Assembly (NCBI GenBank): GCA_963674525.2
Contig: CAXXRV010000016.1
Location: 12,648-44,647, forward strand
Length of the DNA stretch: 32,000 nucleotides
Source: an uncultured Psychromonas sp.
Lineage (GTDB): Bacteria; Pseudomonadota; Gammaproteobacteria; Enterobacterales; Psychromonadaceae
Direction of reading: 5' to 3'
Made by a program: the position numbers and the translations under genes. The notes beneath the pieces are model-generated. The model was not told where the DNA came from and ran no database searches. It was given only the letters and a program-made list of their open reading frames with translations. Below, one piece after another: positions 24,640-32,000 of the stretch. The stretch's first letter is position 1. The number at the start of each line of letters is the position of its first letter.

Positions 24640-25616
24640 TCTTTCTCCACCGTTTCGCTCCAGTCGCTAAAAATTTTTTTTACCGGACTATTAAGAAATT
24701 CGAGATATGCTTTACAACAGGATCCTAAGCGGGCTTCATCCGCAGCAAGGCGCTCAACCTCTACCCAATCATTCCAGGCAATATAAAGCCCCCAGTCGCT
24801 CTTGTCGATTTCGCAATCCGGCAGGCGATAATGAAAGGTCGGGCGCGATTTGATCCGTTCGTCATCCACCTTGGCATTCACCCGTTTCTCATCAAGGCAC
24901 ATGAACAGCGGAAGCATGTCGAGGGCGCGATTGCGGGTCGGGTTATAGGCGAGATAGTCGTCGATAAGGGTTGTCAGGTCGGGCCAGTAATCTGCTGAGA
25001 TAAGTTTCTTTACGTAATCAGCTGGAAAGGGATCGACGTAGCTTGTCACCTGTCGCGTGAGGTTAATGTCGGCACGCGTGAGTAGCCAGTCGTAAAGACA
25101 CATAAATGCTTTAAGGCAAGCTGTGATTAGTTTGGGATCGTGACTCGGCAGCTCTGGATTAAGTTGCATGCCGAAGGCATTGGTAGTGCTATCCGAGGTG
25201 CCCTTGGCACCGGCATCTCGTAGGTGAACAATCAGCTTTTCCACCTCTTCAAGACGATCCAGGGGAAGCGGCGGAGTGACAATCTCTACCGGCACAAGTG
25301 CTTCTGCGGCCCAGGCGAGTACATCTTCAGCTGAGCGCCCTATCTTGTCCACGAGCGCCTGGTCGTCGCGATGTTCGCGGCCTAGTTGCTTGAGCAGTTC
25401 ATAGTCTAGTTCGACAATCCAATCACCAGCCGCATCCCCTTTTAAAACGCGCTCGTAGCGCCCGTTCGAGGCAATGTCGAGACTGAAAAAGCTGGCTACC
25501 TGCTTGGCCAGCGTATCAAGGCTGAGTCCGCTCATCTCAAGTTCGACTCCCACCCGTCTAGTCTTGCCCTCGGCATTTTGCAGCCAGGGCAGCTGTTGTA
25601 AGTTTCGATTTGACAT
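24624..25616 (-). CDS. Putative amidoligase (Amidoligase_2 / glutamine-synthetase-like carboxylate-amine ligase fold)
   Basis: N-terminal RRVGVELEMSG strand (E-x-E metal/ATP motif of GS-like amidoligases), ~330 aa, and a conserved pairing with a GAT-like peptidase. The ATG at 25616 has AAGGAG 6 nt upstream; the ORF-track start at 25619 is a TTG. Confidence 0.55.
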   Translation of the reverse strand: MSNRNLQQLPWLQNAEGKTRRVGVELEMSGLSLDTLAKQVASFFSLDIASNGRYERVLKGDAAGDWIVELDYELLKQLGREHRDDQALVDKIGRSAEDVLAWAAEALVPVEIVTPPLPLDRLEEVEKLIVHLRDAGAKGTSDSTTNAFGMQLNPELPSHDPKLITACLKAFMCLYDWLLTRADINLTRQVTSYVDPFPADYVKKLISADYWPDLTTLIDDYLAYNPTRNRALDMLPLFMCLDEKRVNAKVDDERIKSRPTFHYRLPDCEIDKSDWGLYIAWNDWVEVERLAADEARLGSCCKAYLEFLNSPVKKIFSDWSETVEKEWLDR

Positions 25617-25620
25617 CAAT

Positions 25621-25660
25621 TACTCCTTAATGGATATAACTACTCCTTAATGGATATAAC
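25621..25660. repeat. Perfect 2 x 20-bp tandem duplication (tactccttaatggatataac) containing the amidoligase Shine-Dalgarno sequence
   Basis: 25621-25640 is identical to 25641-25660. On the minus strand each unit reads gttatatccattAAGGAGta. Confidence 0.95.
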
Positions 25661-25721
25661 ACGGCAGCTTGATGAGTGGAAATCGCGTAACGTGTGGCAA
25701 TTTCCAGAAACCAGTCAGCAC

Positions 25722-26195
25722 TTAATCATTGTTATGGCTGCAATAGAAATGGCGCGCTCCCTTTAGCAGCATATGAAATGCTTCGCCATCAACATGCACC
25801 AGATGTTTATGATCACCCGCTTCAAAAAAAACATTGGCCAGCATCAATAGCCTTTGGTCCTCGAATGTTTCCAGTCCATAGGCCGGGCCCAGTGGCGGAA
25901 TCGCACCGGATTGGCAATCACTAAAAAGCTGATCGATTTCAATTTCTTTCGCCAGTTCGAATTCCCGGCCGACCTCCTCTCTTATCGCCTTTAGCTTCAG
26001 CCAATGACTGCCCGGAATTACAGCCATGGCATAACCCTGTACATCTTTTACAATAACAGCTTTGGCAATATGATCATCGGGAATATGTGTCGCCTTTGCA
26101 CTGTCACGACTGGTATAGGTTGCTGGATGCGCCACAAGCTCATAATCAACTTGCTGTTCCGATAGATAAGATTTTATCGTTGCTGCAATGGACAT
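25722..26195 (-). CDS. YbaK/EbsC-like aminoacyl-tRNA deacylase domain protein
   Basis: 157 aa. L....V.YEL..H....T..D.A.......D..AK.V...D......AV.PG......K.....G....LA......LF.DC..GA.PP.G..YG is typical of the YbaK/ProRS-associated domain. AAGGAA upstream. Confidence 0.7.
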   Translation of the reverse strand: MSIAATIKSYLSEQQVDYELVAHPATYTSRDSAKATHIPDDHIAKAVIVKDVQGYAMAVIPGSHWLKLKAIREEVGREFELAKEIEIDQLFSDCQSGAIPPLGPAYGLETFEDQRLLMLANVFFEAGDHKHLVHVDGEAFHMLLKGARHFYCSHNND

Positions 26196-26474
26196 AATTT
26201 TGTTCCTTGTTAGTGAGTAGTTCGTATCATTCCCGTTTTAAGGCGAAGGCTGAACTCGTGCAAACTTGTAATCAGCTCGACATATCGCCGGGCCGATTAG
26301 AATTAAATTGTGACTATTTTGGCTCAAAGTATAGTAGTTAAATAGCAACGCCGTTCCTTGAATCTGTTTAACTTTATACCAGTTTTTAATAAACTGGACG
26401 AATATGAATGAAGACAGGGCTTCAGCCCTGCAGTATCATCATCGCTCATAGATAATATAAAGATAAAGGCTGAT

Positions 26475-27104
26475 ATGAATCTTGTTTTTGATGGGCCGGA
26501 TAACGGTCCTCTGTTTGTTTTCGCACATGGTGCCGGCGCGCCGTTAACTTCTGATTTTATGCAGCAAGTGAGTGCCGGCTTAGCGAAGCAGGGGATCCGT
26601 GTTGTGCGCTTTAATTTTAATTATATGCAGCAGCGCCTTGATACCGGCAGTCGCCGTCCACCTGAGCGAGCAGATAAGTTAATTGCGCAATTTCAAAACG
26701 TTATTAACAGCTTAAATGCGCCAATGGTGATTGGCGGTAAATCAATGGGCGGGCGCATGGCAAGCTTAGTGGCTGCCGAAGCTGAGGCAGATCTAAGCAA
26801 ACAAATAAAAGGGGTGGCGTGTCTGGGGTATCCTTTTCACCCGCAGGGCAAACCCGAAAAACTGCGCATTGAACATTTAGCAGATATCAGTCAGCCCTTA
26901 TTTATTATGCAGGGCGAGTGCGATAAACTCGGCAATAAGCAGGAAGTGGAATCATATTCACTACCCGACTCTATGCAATGGTTATGGCTGGAAGACGGTG
27001 ACCATGATTTAAAGCCAAGGGTAAAAAGCGGCTTTACCCATCAACAGCATATTCAATCTGTTATTATGCATTTGAGCAATTATATAAAAGCCTGCCTGAG
27101 TTAA
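26475..27104 (+). CDS. Alpha/beta-fold hydrolase (COG3571 / KANL3-Tex30-like)
   Basis: FAHGAGAP near the N-terminus, nucleophile elbow GGKSMGGR, a later acidic residue (GECD) and a GDHDL histidine motif. Confidence 0.7.
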   Translation: MNLVFDGPDNGPLFVFAHGAGAPLTSDFMQQVSAGLAKQGIRVVRFNFNYMQQRLDTGSRRPPERADKLIAQFQNVINSLNAPMVIGGKSMGGRMASLVAAEAEADLSKQIKGVACLGYPFHPQGKPEKLRIEHLADISQPLFIMQGECDKLGNKQEVESYSLPDSMQWLWLEDGDHDLKPRVKSGFTHQQHIQSVIMHLSNYIKACLS

Positions 27105-27130
27105 TTTATTTTTGCACTGCGCATTATGGC

Positions 27131-30100
27131 TTAGATAACAAAAGTGTAAAAAAGAAGGGCCAGGACAATGAGCATAACTGAGCCGGGCGTGGCGACGAAC
27201 AAACGCTTGCGTGAGTGGCTCAACAAGGATTGTGATTTAGCATAGAGACGGGCAAAGAGTAGGCTCATTCTCTCAGTCATAATACTGATGAAAAGTCGCA
27301 GTTTTTGTGTGCATTTTTGTAATACTAGTGAAATTTTTTGATAGAAAACTAGAATATCACCGGCTGCTGGCGCTGCTATGCCGGCTCTGAATGTTGCACT
27401 GGCGAGCAATAACAGCAATCCGGTAATCCCCGGCCATAATGCCGACCAGCTTAGCGTTGACAAAACACTGAATTGAATTTTAAATGCAAATGCCGGCGTA
27501 ACAGATAGGTAAGCGACAGAGAGTAGCGCTGAGAGCAGCGTCGGGAGTATCAATCCCCATCGTGGTGATGAATTTGTGCTGCCGGGTATCGCATGCTGGC
27601 GCATTAATTGGATAAAACGTCCCATTAACAGCAAGGTAGTTATTGCGCTCAAGGTCAATAATGTCGAGAACAGTGGCCAGATAGACGTAGCACTTTTAAG
27701 CGCCGATTTGGCGAATGCTCCGCTGGTCAACGGCAGTCCTATCAAGGACAGGGCTGGAATAAGTACAAGTAACCACAGAAAGGGTTTTAATCTCGACTTT
27801 TGTTGCAGCTCTTCACGCAATCCGACACTGAAAAACAGGGTCGCCTTGGCAAAAGCATGGTGCATCGCAAAAAATAAAATGGCCGGTAATAACAACTCCC
27901 AGCTGCTCGGAAATGCTAAAGCAAAGCCGATGCTGGCGCTAATAATCCCGAGTTGACTGATGGTCGAATAGGCTAATAGCGTTTTTGGGTTGTTCTGTAA
28001 AATACCATAGGCAGCTGCAAGGAATACAGCCATAAAGCCTAAAACCATCATCGGCTGCGCTAAAAGCAGCATAGATTGCTCACCGAGTGGGAGAAAGCGC
28101 ATCCAGCCTAACAGCCCAGCTTTAACCATGACTGCACTGAGTAACGCACTCACAGGAACAGGAGCAACCGGATGCGCCTTAGGCAGCCAGACATGCAAGG
28201 TGGCAAGGCCTGCTTTTACACCAAAACCGATCAGCAGAAACGCAGCCACCCAGGTGACCTCTGCTGAATTTCCAGTATATTGCAGATAGTAAGTTTGGCC
28301 CGCCAGACCAACAAATAAAACGACCTCGCCAAAGACCACCCATTTGATGTAGGTGGACGCAGCTGATATCGCCTCGTCGCTATTGCTATGAAGTATCAAT
28401 GGATAGGCACTGAAGCTCATCAGAGTAAAAAAGGTGAGGAATGAAAAGAGCTCATAAGACAAGACAACCCCTAAATTAGCGAACATTGTCAGCAGAAAGA
28501 AGAAGTAGAAGCTGTTGCGTTTATTATCGCCAGCTAAATAAGAGCGCGCATAGAGCGCGGCAATAAACCACAGTAAAGCGGTCAACGTCAGAAAAGCTTG
28601 CTCAGTAATATTGCCGCCATCTAATAACAGGGCTGTCAACACCCCGGGAAGCGGAGCAAGGGGGACAAGCTTAATCACTACCGGCCTTAGGTTTTTAACG
28701 ATCATCATAGCCAGCAACAAAGCCGGTAATATCAACACCCATAAAGCTTCCGTGCTGTGGTTGAGCGCCATAGCGGAAAGGTCTGGAAGGCCTGTTTGAT
28801 ATTCCCGTGTGGTGATTAAAGCCGCCCAGGAAAGGGGGCTGAAAGAAGCAGAGGCAAATAGTCCGATCAGCAAGGAAAAAAACGCAGTTAGCAAAGGGGG
28901 CAGAAGTAACATCCAGTGTGTTTCCAACTTTAAACTAACTTGTTCCTTTGGCCAGGGGGAATCCTGCTTTTTGAACCAAACCGCATTTATAACCGGCAGA
29001 AAATAGACTGCATTCAGTATGCTGCTTATTGCCAGCACACCTAGAATCCACGCCCCTTGAGTACCCTGAGCTTCCAGGGCGCCTATCCCAAGATACCATT
29101 TTGAAACAAACCCGGCGATGGGAGGTATGCCTATCATGCCCAATGCAGCAATGGTGAAGGCGCCCATCGTTAGTGGCATGCGCTTACCGACGCCATTCAT
29201 TTGGCTTACCTTATGAATGCCGAGGGTTTCTGCGAGACTGCCGGCGCAGAAAAATAGCGTAATTTTCATCACGCCTTGATGAACTAAGTGTACCAGACCG
29301 CCGATGGTCGCGATGGGGCCTGATATGGCTGTGCCCAGCACTATGTATGATACTTGGCTCACCGTTGAGTAGGCTAGGCGTTTTTTTAAATCATCCTGGC
29401 TCAATGCGCGCATAGAGCCATAGACAATAGTGAATCCTGCAATCGCAGCAAGAAATATGGTGAGGCCTAAGTCCTTTGCAAATTCAACGCCATAGATATC
29501 GTAGACAACCCGCACAATGCCAAATGCGCCAGCTTTTACTACCGCAACCGCATGCAGTAGTGAGCTTACCGGGGCCGGCGCTGCCATCGAGACGGGCAGC
29601 CAACCATGCACAGGAAACAGGGCTGCTTTGACGCCGAGCCCCGCTATCAGTAAGACAAAGATTATCTGCAGATGCGTTCTGTCAAGATGCGGCATGCCAG
29701 CCAATAAGCCTGTCGAGATGAAATCGAGCGGGCCGGCAATGGTTTTTAGCCACACGATACCCGCCAGCAGCAATACTCCGCCGAGCATTGTATAAACAAG
29801 GTAAGTCCGTGCCGCTTTAATTGATGCCGTATTGCCTTTGTGAGCTATCAGCGGATAGGTGGTCAGGGTCAGTAGCTCGTAAAAGATAAGAAAGGTAAGC
29901 AGGTTGCCGGCTAGCGCTAAACCAATGGTCGCGCCAACACATAAGCTAAAGAAAGCAAAGAAGCGGCTTAAGTGGGCCGAGTATTTAAAATAACCTATGG
30001 CATAAATAGTGGTCAATAACCAGAGAAAACCCGACAGGCTTACAAAGAGTAGCGAAAGTGTGTCCGCGCGCAGCACAAGGTCAATATTCGGCAACAAAGT

Positions 30101-30295
30101 CAGGCGAGTTTCAAAATATAGATTATTGCTGACGCCGTTGAGCAGCAAAGCAATCAGGCTTAAGGTAATCAATGCGCCAGCGATATTAAAAGTACTGCGC
30201 AGTAAAGAGCTATGCGCCGCGGTCGCCATTATCGCCAAGCCGGCTAGAAATGGCCCTAGTACAATCAATGCGGGTAATAGCGAACTGAGGTTCAT
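27131..30295 (-). CDS. Fusion of two MrpD/NuoM/NuoN-like antiporter modules (proton-conducting membrane transporter family) with a C-terminal amphipathic-helix and TM tail
   Basis: There are two copies of the family hallmarks. TM5 Glu: IFYELLTL and LSYELFSF. TM7 Lys region: GLGVKAALFPVHGWLP...APAPVSSLLHA and GFGVKAGLATLHVWLP...APVPVSALLSA. ATGA overlap with the upstream gene. Confidence 0.75.
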   Translation of the reverse strand: MNLSSLLPALIVLGPFLAGLAIMATAAHSSLLRSTFNIAGALITLSLIALLLNGVSNNLYFETRLTLLPNIDLVLRADTLSLLFVSLSGFLWLLTTIYAIGYFKYSAHLSRFFAFFSLCVGATIGLALAGNLLTFLIFYELLTLTTYPLIAHKGNTASIKAARTYLVYTMLGGVLLLAGIVWLKTIAGPLDFISTGLLAGMPHLDRTHLQIIFVLLIAGLGVKAALFPVHGWLPVSMAAPAPVSSLLHAVAVVKAGAFGIVRVVYDIYGVEFAKDLGLTIFLAAIAGFTIVYGSMRALSQDDLKKRLAYSTVSQVSYIVLGTAISGPIATIGGLVHLVHQGVMKITLFFCAGSLAETLGIHKVSQMNGVGKRMPLTMGAFTIAALGMIGIPPIAGFVSKWYLGIGALEAQGTQGAWILGVLAISSILNAVYFLPVINAVWFKKQDSPWPKEQVSLKLETHWMLLLPPLLTAFFSLLIGLFASASFSPLSWAALITTREYQTGLPDLSAMALNHSTEALWVLILPALLLAMMIVKNLRPVVIKLVPLAPLPGVLTALLLDGGNITEQAFLTLTALLWFIAALYARSYLAGDNKRNSFYFFFLLTMFANLGVVLSYELFSFLTFFTLMSFSAYPLILHSNSDEAISAASTYIKWVVFGEVVLFVGLAGQTYYLQYTGNSAEVTWVAAFLLIGFGVKAGLATLHVWLPKAHPVAPVPVSALLSAVMVKAGLLGWMRFLPLGEQSMLLLAQPMMVLGFMAVFLAAAYGILQNNPKTLLAYSTISQLGIISASIGFALAFPSSWELLLPAILFFAMHHAFAKATLFFSVGLREELQQKSRLKPFLWLLVLIPALSLIGLPLTSGAFAKSALKSATSIWPLFSTLLTLSAITTLLLMGRFIQLMRQHAIPGSTNSSPRWGLILPTLLSALLSVAYLSVTPAFAFKIQFSVLSTLSWSALWPGITGLLLLLASATFRAGIAAPAAGDILVFYQKISLVLQKCTQKLRLFISIMTERMSLLFARLYAKSQSLLSHSRKRLFVATPGSVMLIVLALLFYTFVI

Positions 30296-31785
30296 ATGCT
30301 GTTTACTTCCAATATTGGCTGAGCCATATTGAGAATAAGCTCGGCATTTAAACCTAAGGCCAATGTAATAAGCGCCAGCACCAGTGCCGCTGCAGTCAGC
30401 ATTTTGGAAGGGTGTGTTTGGGCAAGAGTGCCGGGAGCAGAAGGCTTGCCGGTAAATGCTAAATTCAGTATTTTAGCCAGATATATTGCAGCGGCAAGGC
30501 CACCAGAGAGCACGATTATTACCCACCACCATTGACCACTCTCGATAGACGCCGTAAGCAGTAACCATTTCGCGATAAAACCGGCGCTTGGCGGCAGCCC
30601 GATCAAACTAACGCCGGCGATCGCAAACGCCAACAGGTTAACAGGTTCGCGGGTCGCAATTCCCTTAAGTTGCGCAATATCACTCGAGCCTTGTGCCAAA
30701 ATAAGGTTACCGGCAGATAAAAACATCGCCGCTTTAGCGCAGCCATGCGCGACAATAAAATAGACGGCGGCTTGAGACGCCAGACTGGAAAACGAATGGC
30801 TATTGCTAGCCATCGCGCTTAAGGGAAACAATAAAAAGATGTAACCGAGTTGCCCGACCGTCGAATAGGCAACCAATACTTTCAGCTGTGTGGCACGAAA
30901 TGCTTTCCAGGAGCCATAAATAATGGCTGCCGCCCCTAAGCAGCCTAACAGCTGAGACGCGGCAAAGGTTGCCGATTCACTTAACACTTCAAACCAGAAC
31001 TTGATCAATAGATAAAGTGACGCTTTGACCACTAACGCCGAGAGTATCGCGCTGACCGGCGTCGGTGCATTTGCGTGCGCGGGGGGTAACCAGAAGTGCA
31101 GCGGGAACAGGGCTATTTTAAGCAGAAGGCCAATAGTAATAAGTATCATCGCAATTTGCTCCGGGAAGCTGTCGCTGGAGCGTGCAGCGAGCTGAGCAAG
31201 ATCTAGCGTAGCATGGTTACGGTAGAGAATAACGATGGCCATTAAGTAGAAAAGTGAGCCGAGTAACCCCACCAGCAGATATCTGAGCGCTGCTTCTAAA
31301 GCCGCCCGTGTTGATTGAAGCGCAACCAGGGCGGCGGCTGATAGCCCTATAATTTCAAGACAGACGTAGATATTGAAAGCATCTGCAGAGACAAATAACG
31401 CATTGAGCCCAGCTATCAAGAGCCACCACAATGGCCAAAACCGTATACGCTGCGCATCATTCGCGTAATATACCGTGCTGTAGATTGTTAATATAAAGGT
31501 CAGCACTCCGGTCAGGCCGATCATGACCATGGAAAAACCATCAACTAGCAAATCAATACCCAGCGGGGCTCCCCAGCGACCAATTTCATAAACTTCACTC
31601 TGGTAAGTATTTTCCTTGTAAAACAGAAAGGTCAGCATGGCCACAGTAAGAAAGAGTAGGCAGGCAAAACCCACATTGAGAACGCTCTGAACGGTGTTTC
31701 GACGGCTAACAAAGCCTGACAAAGCGGCTATTAATGGCAAAAGCACAATAAAAGGCAGCAACAGTGATGAATTCAGATCCGCCAT
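30292..31785 (-). CDS. MrpD/MnhD-like antiporter subunit (NuoN/NuoM family)
   Basis: 497 aa, polytopic. VCLEIIGL (TM5 Glu), LLLKIALFPLHFWLPPAHANAPTPVSAILSA (TM7 Lys), SWKAF...K..LAYSTVGQLGY. Confidence 0.8.
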   Translation of the reverse strand: MADLNSSLLLPFIVLLPLIAALSGFVSRRNTVQSVLNVGFACLLFLTVAMLTFLFYKENTYQSEVYEIGRWGAPLGIDLLVDGFSMVMIGLTGVLTFILTIYSTVYYANDAQRIRFWPLWWLLIAGLNALFVSADAFNIYVCLEIIGLSAAALVALQSTRAALEAALRYLLVGLLGSLFYLMAIVILYRNHATLDLAQLAARSSDSFPEQIAMILITIGLLLKIALFPLHFWLPPAHANAPTPVSAILSALVVKASLYLLIKFWFEVLSESATFAASQLLGCLGAAAIIYGSWKAFRATQLKVLVAYSTVGQLGYIFLLFPLSAMASNSHSFSSLASQAAVYFIVAHGCAKAAMFLSAGNLILAQGSSDIAQLKGIATREPVNLLAFAIAGVSLIGLPPSAGFIAKWLLLTASIESGQWWWVIIVLSGGLAAAIYLAKILNLAFTGKPSAPGTLAQTHPSKMLTAAALVLALITLALGLNAELILNMAQPILEVNSI

Positions 31786-31787
31786 AT

Positions 31788-32000
31788 TTACAATTTATCC
31801 TGCTGAGTCTTTTCTATTTCATACAATCTAACCATCAGGTTTAAGGCCAGCGCAGTGCCCGCTGCTGCGATGACAATGCCGGTTAATACCATCGCCTGGG
31901 GCAAGGGATCGATGGTGAATGCATTTTGCTTTGCCAGGGCAATCAAGAGCATAAAGATCCCAACCCCCATAACGTTCAAGGCTAATACTTTGCGTATGAT
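31788..32000 (-). CDS. MrpC/MnhC (NuoK-like) subunit, 5'-truncated by the right window edge
   Basis: The C-terminal DPLPQAMVLTGIVIAAAGTALALNLMVRLYE matches the B. subtilis MrpC pattern DPLPQALILTAIVISFG. The reading frame stays open to nt 32000 (IIRKVLAL...), so the TTG at 31979 is not the real start. Confidence 0.75.
   Translation of the reverse strand: MIRKVLALNVMGVGIFMLLIALAKQNAFTIDPLPQAMVLTGIVIAAAGTALALNLMVRLYEIEKTQQDKL

Noticed and set aside
23947-26195. Impression of higher GC content in the amidoligase / GAT-like / YbaK region, which would suggest horizontal acquisition
   Set aside because: This rests only on counting a few 60-nt lines by eye (about 50% versus about 40% in a helicase segment). 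Other core-looking genes such as the RND exporter look similarly GC-rich, so a proper sliding-window calculation is needed.

Overview
This looks like chromosomal DNA from a Gram-negative bacterium, probably a marine gammaproteobacterium. That guess rests on gene content (helD-, modF-, yfcE- and trhO-like genes) and a GC content of roughly 40-50% judged by eye. I support about 30 protein genes and saw no rRNA, tRNA or CRISPR array. All family calls come from motif-level reading of the supplied translations and the DNA; no database search or structure prediction was run. Main points: (1) A ~1.25-kb non-autonomous IS200/IS605-family element carrying only tnpB lies at about 8218-9471. The last 81 nt of a second copy sit at the left window edge. 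Together the two copies fix the right-end (omegaRNA scaffold/guide) boundary to the nucleotide. This TnpB also lacks the RuvC-II glutamate at the canonical position. (2) A tightly overlapping four-gene operon at 14213-16479 encodes two paralogous DUF1538 membrane proteins, a PII-like protein and a CBS-pair protein. It is my best candidate for an undescribed system, possibly a nucleotide-gated transporter. (3) An amidoligase gene and a GATase-like thiol peptidase gene overlap by 16 nt (23947-25616). This neighbourhood has been predicted but, as far as I know, not characterised. A 20-bp tandem duplication of the Shine-Dalgarno region lies just upstream. (4) An Mrp/complex-I-like cluster runs off the right edge with three antiporter-like modules. 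Two are fused in a 1054-aa protein that has a NuoL-like amphipathic tail. (5) A helicase IV homolog carries an inserted nuclease-like module and three C-terminal zinc ribbons. (6) Smaller items include a frameshifted VIT/CCC1-like gene next to a DUF211 gene, a Met-rich acidic lipoprotein, a ModF-like ATPase with a degenerate first Walker A, and a 61-nt switch-like hairpin upstream of a PsiE-like gene.
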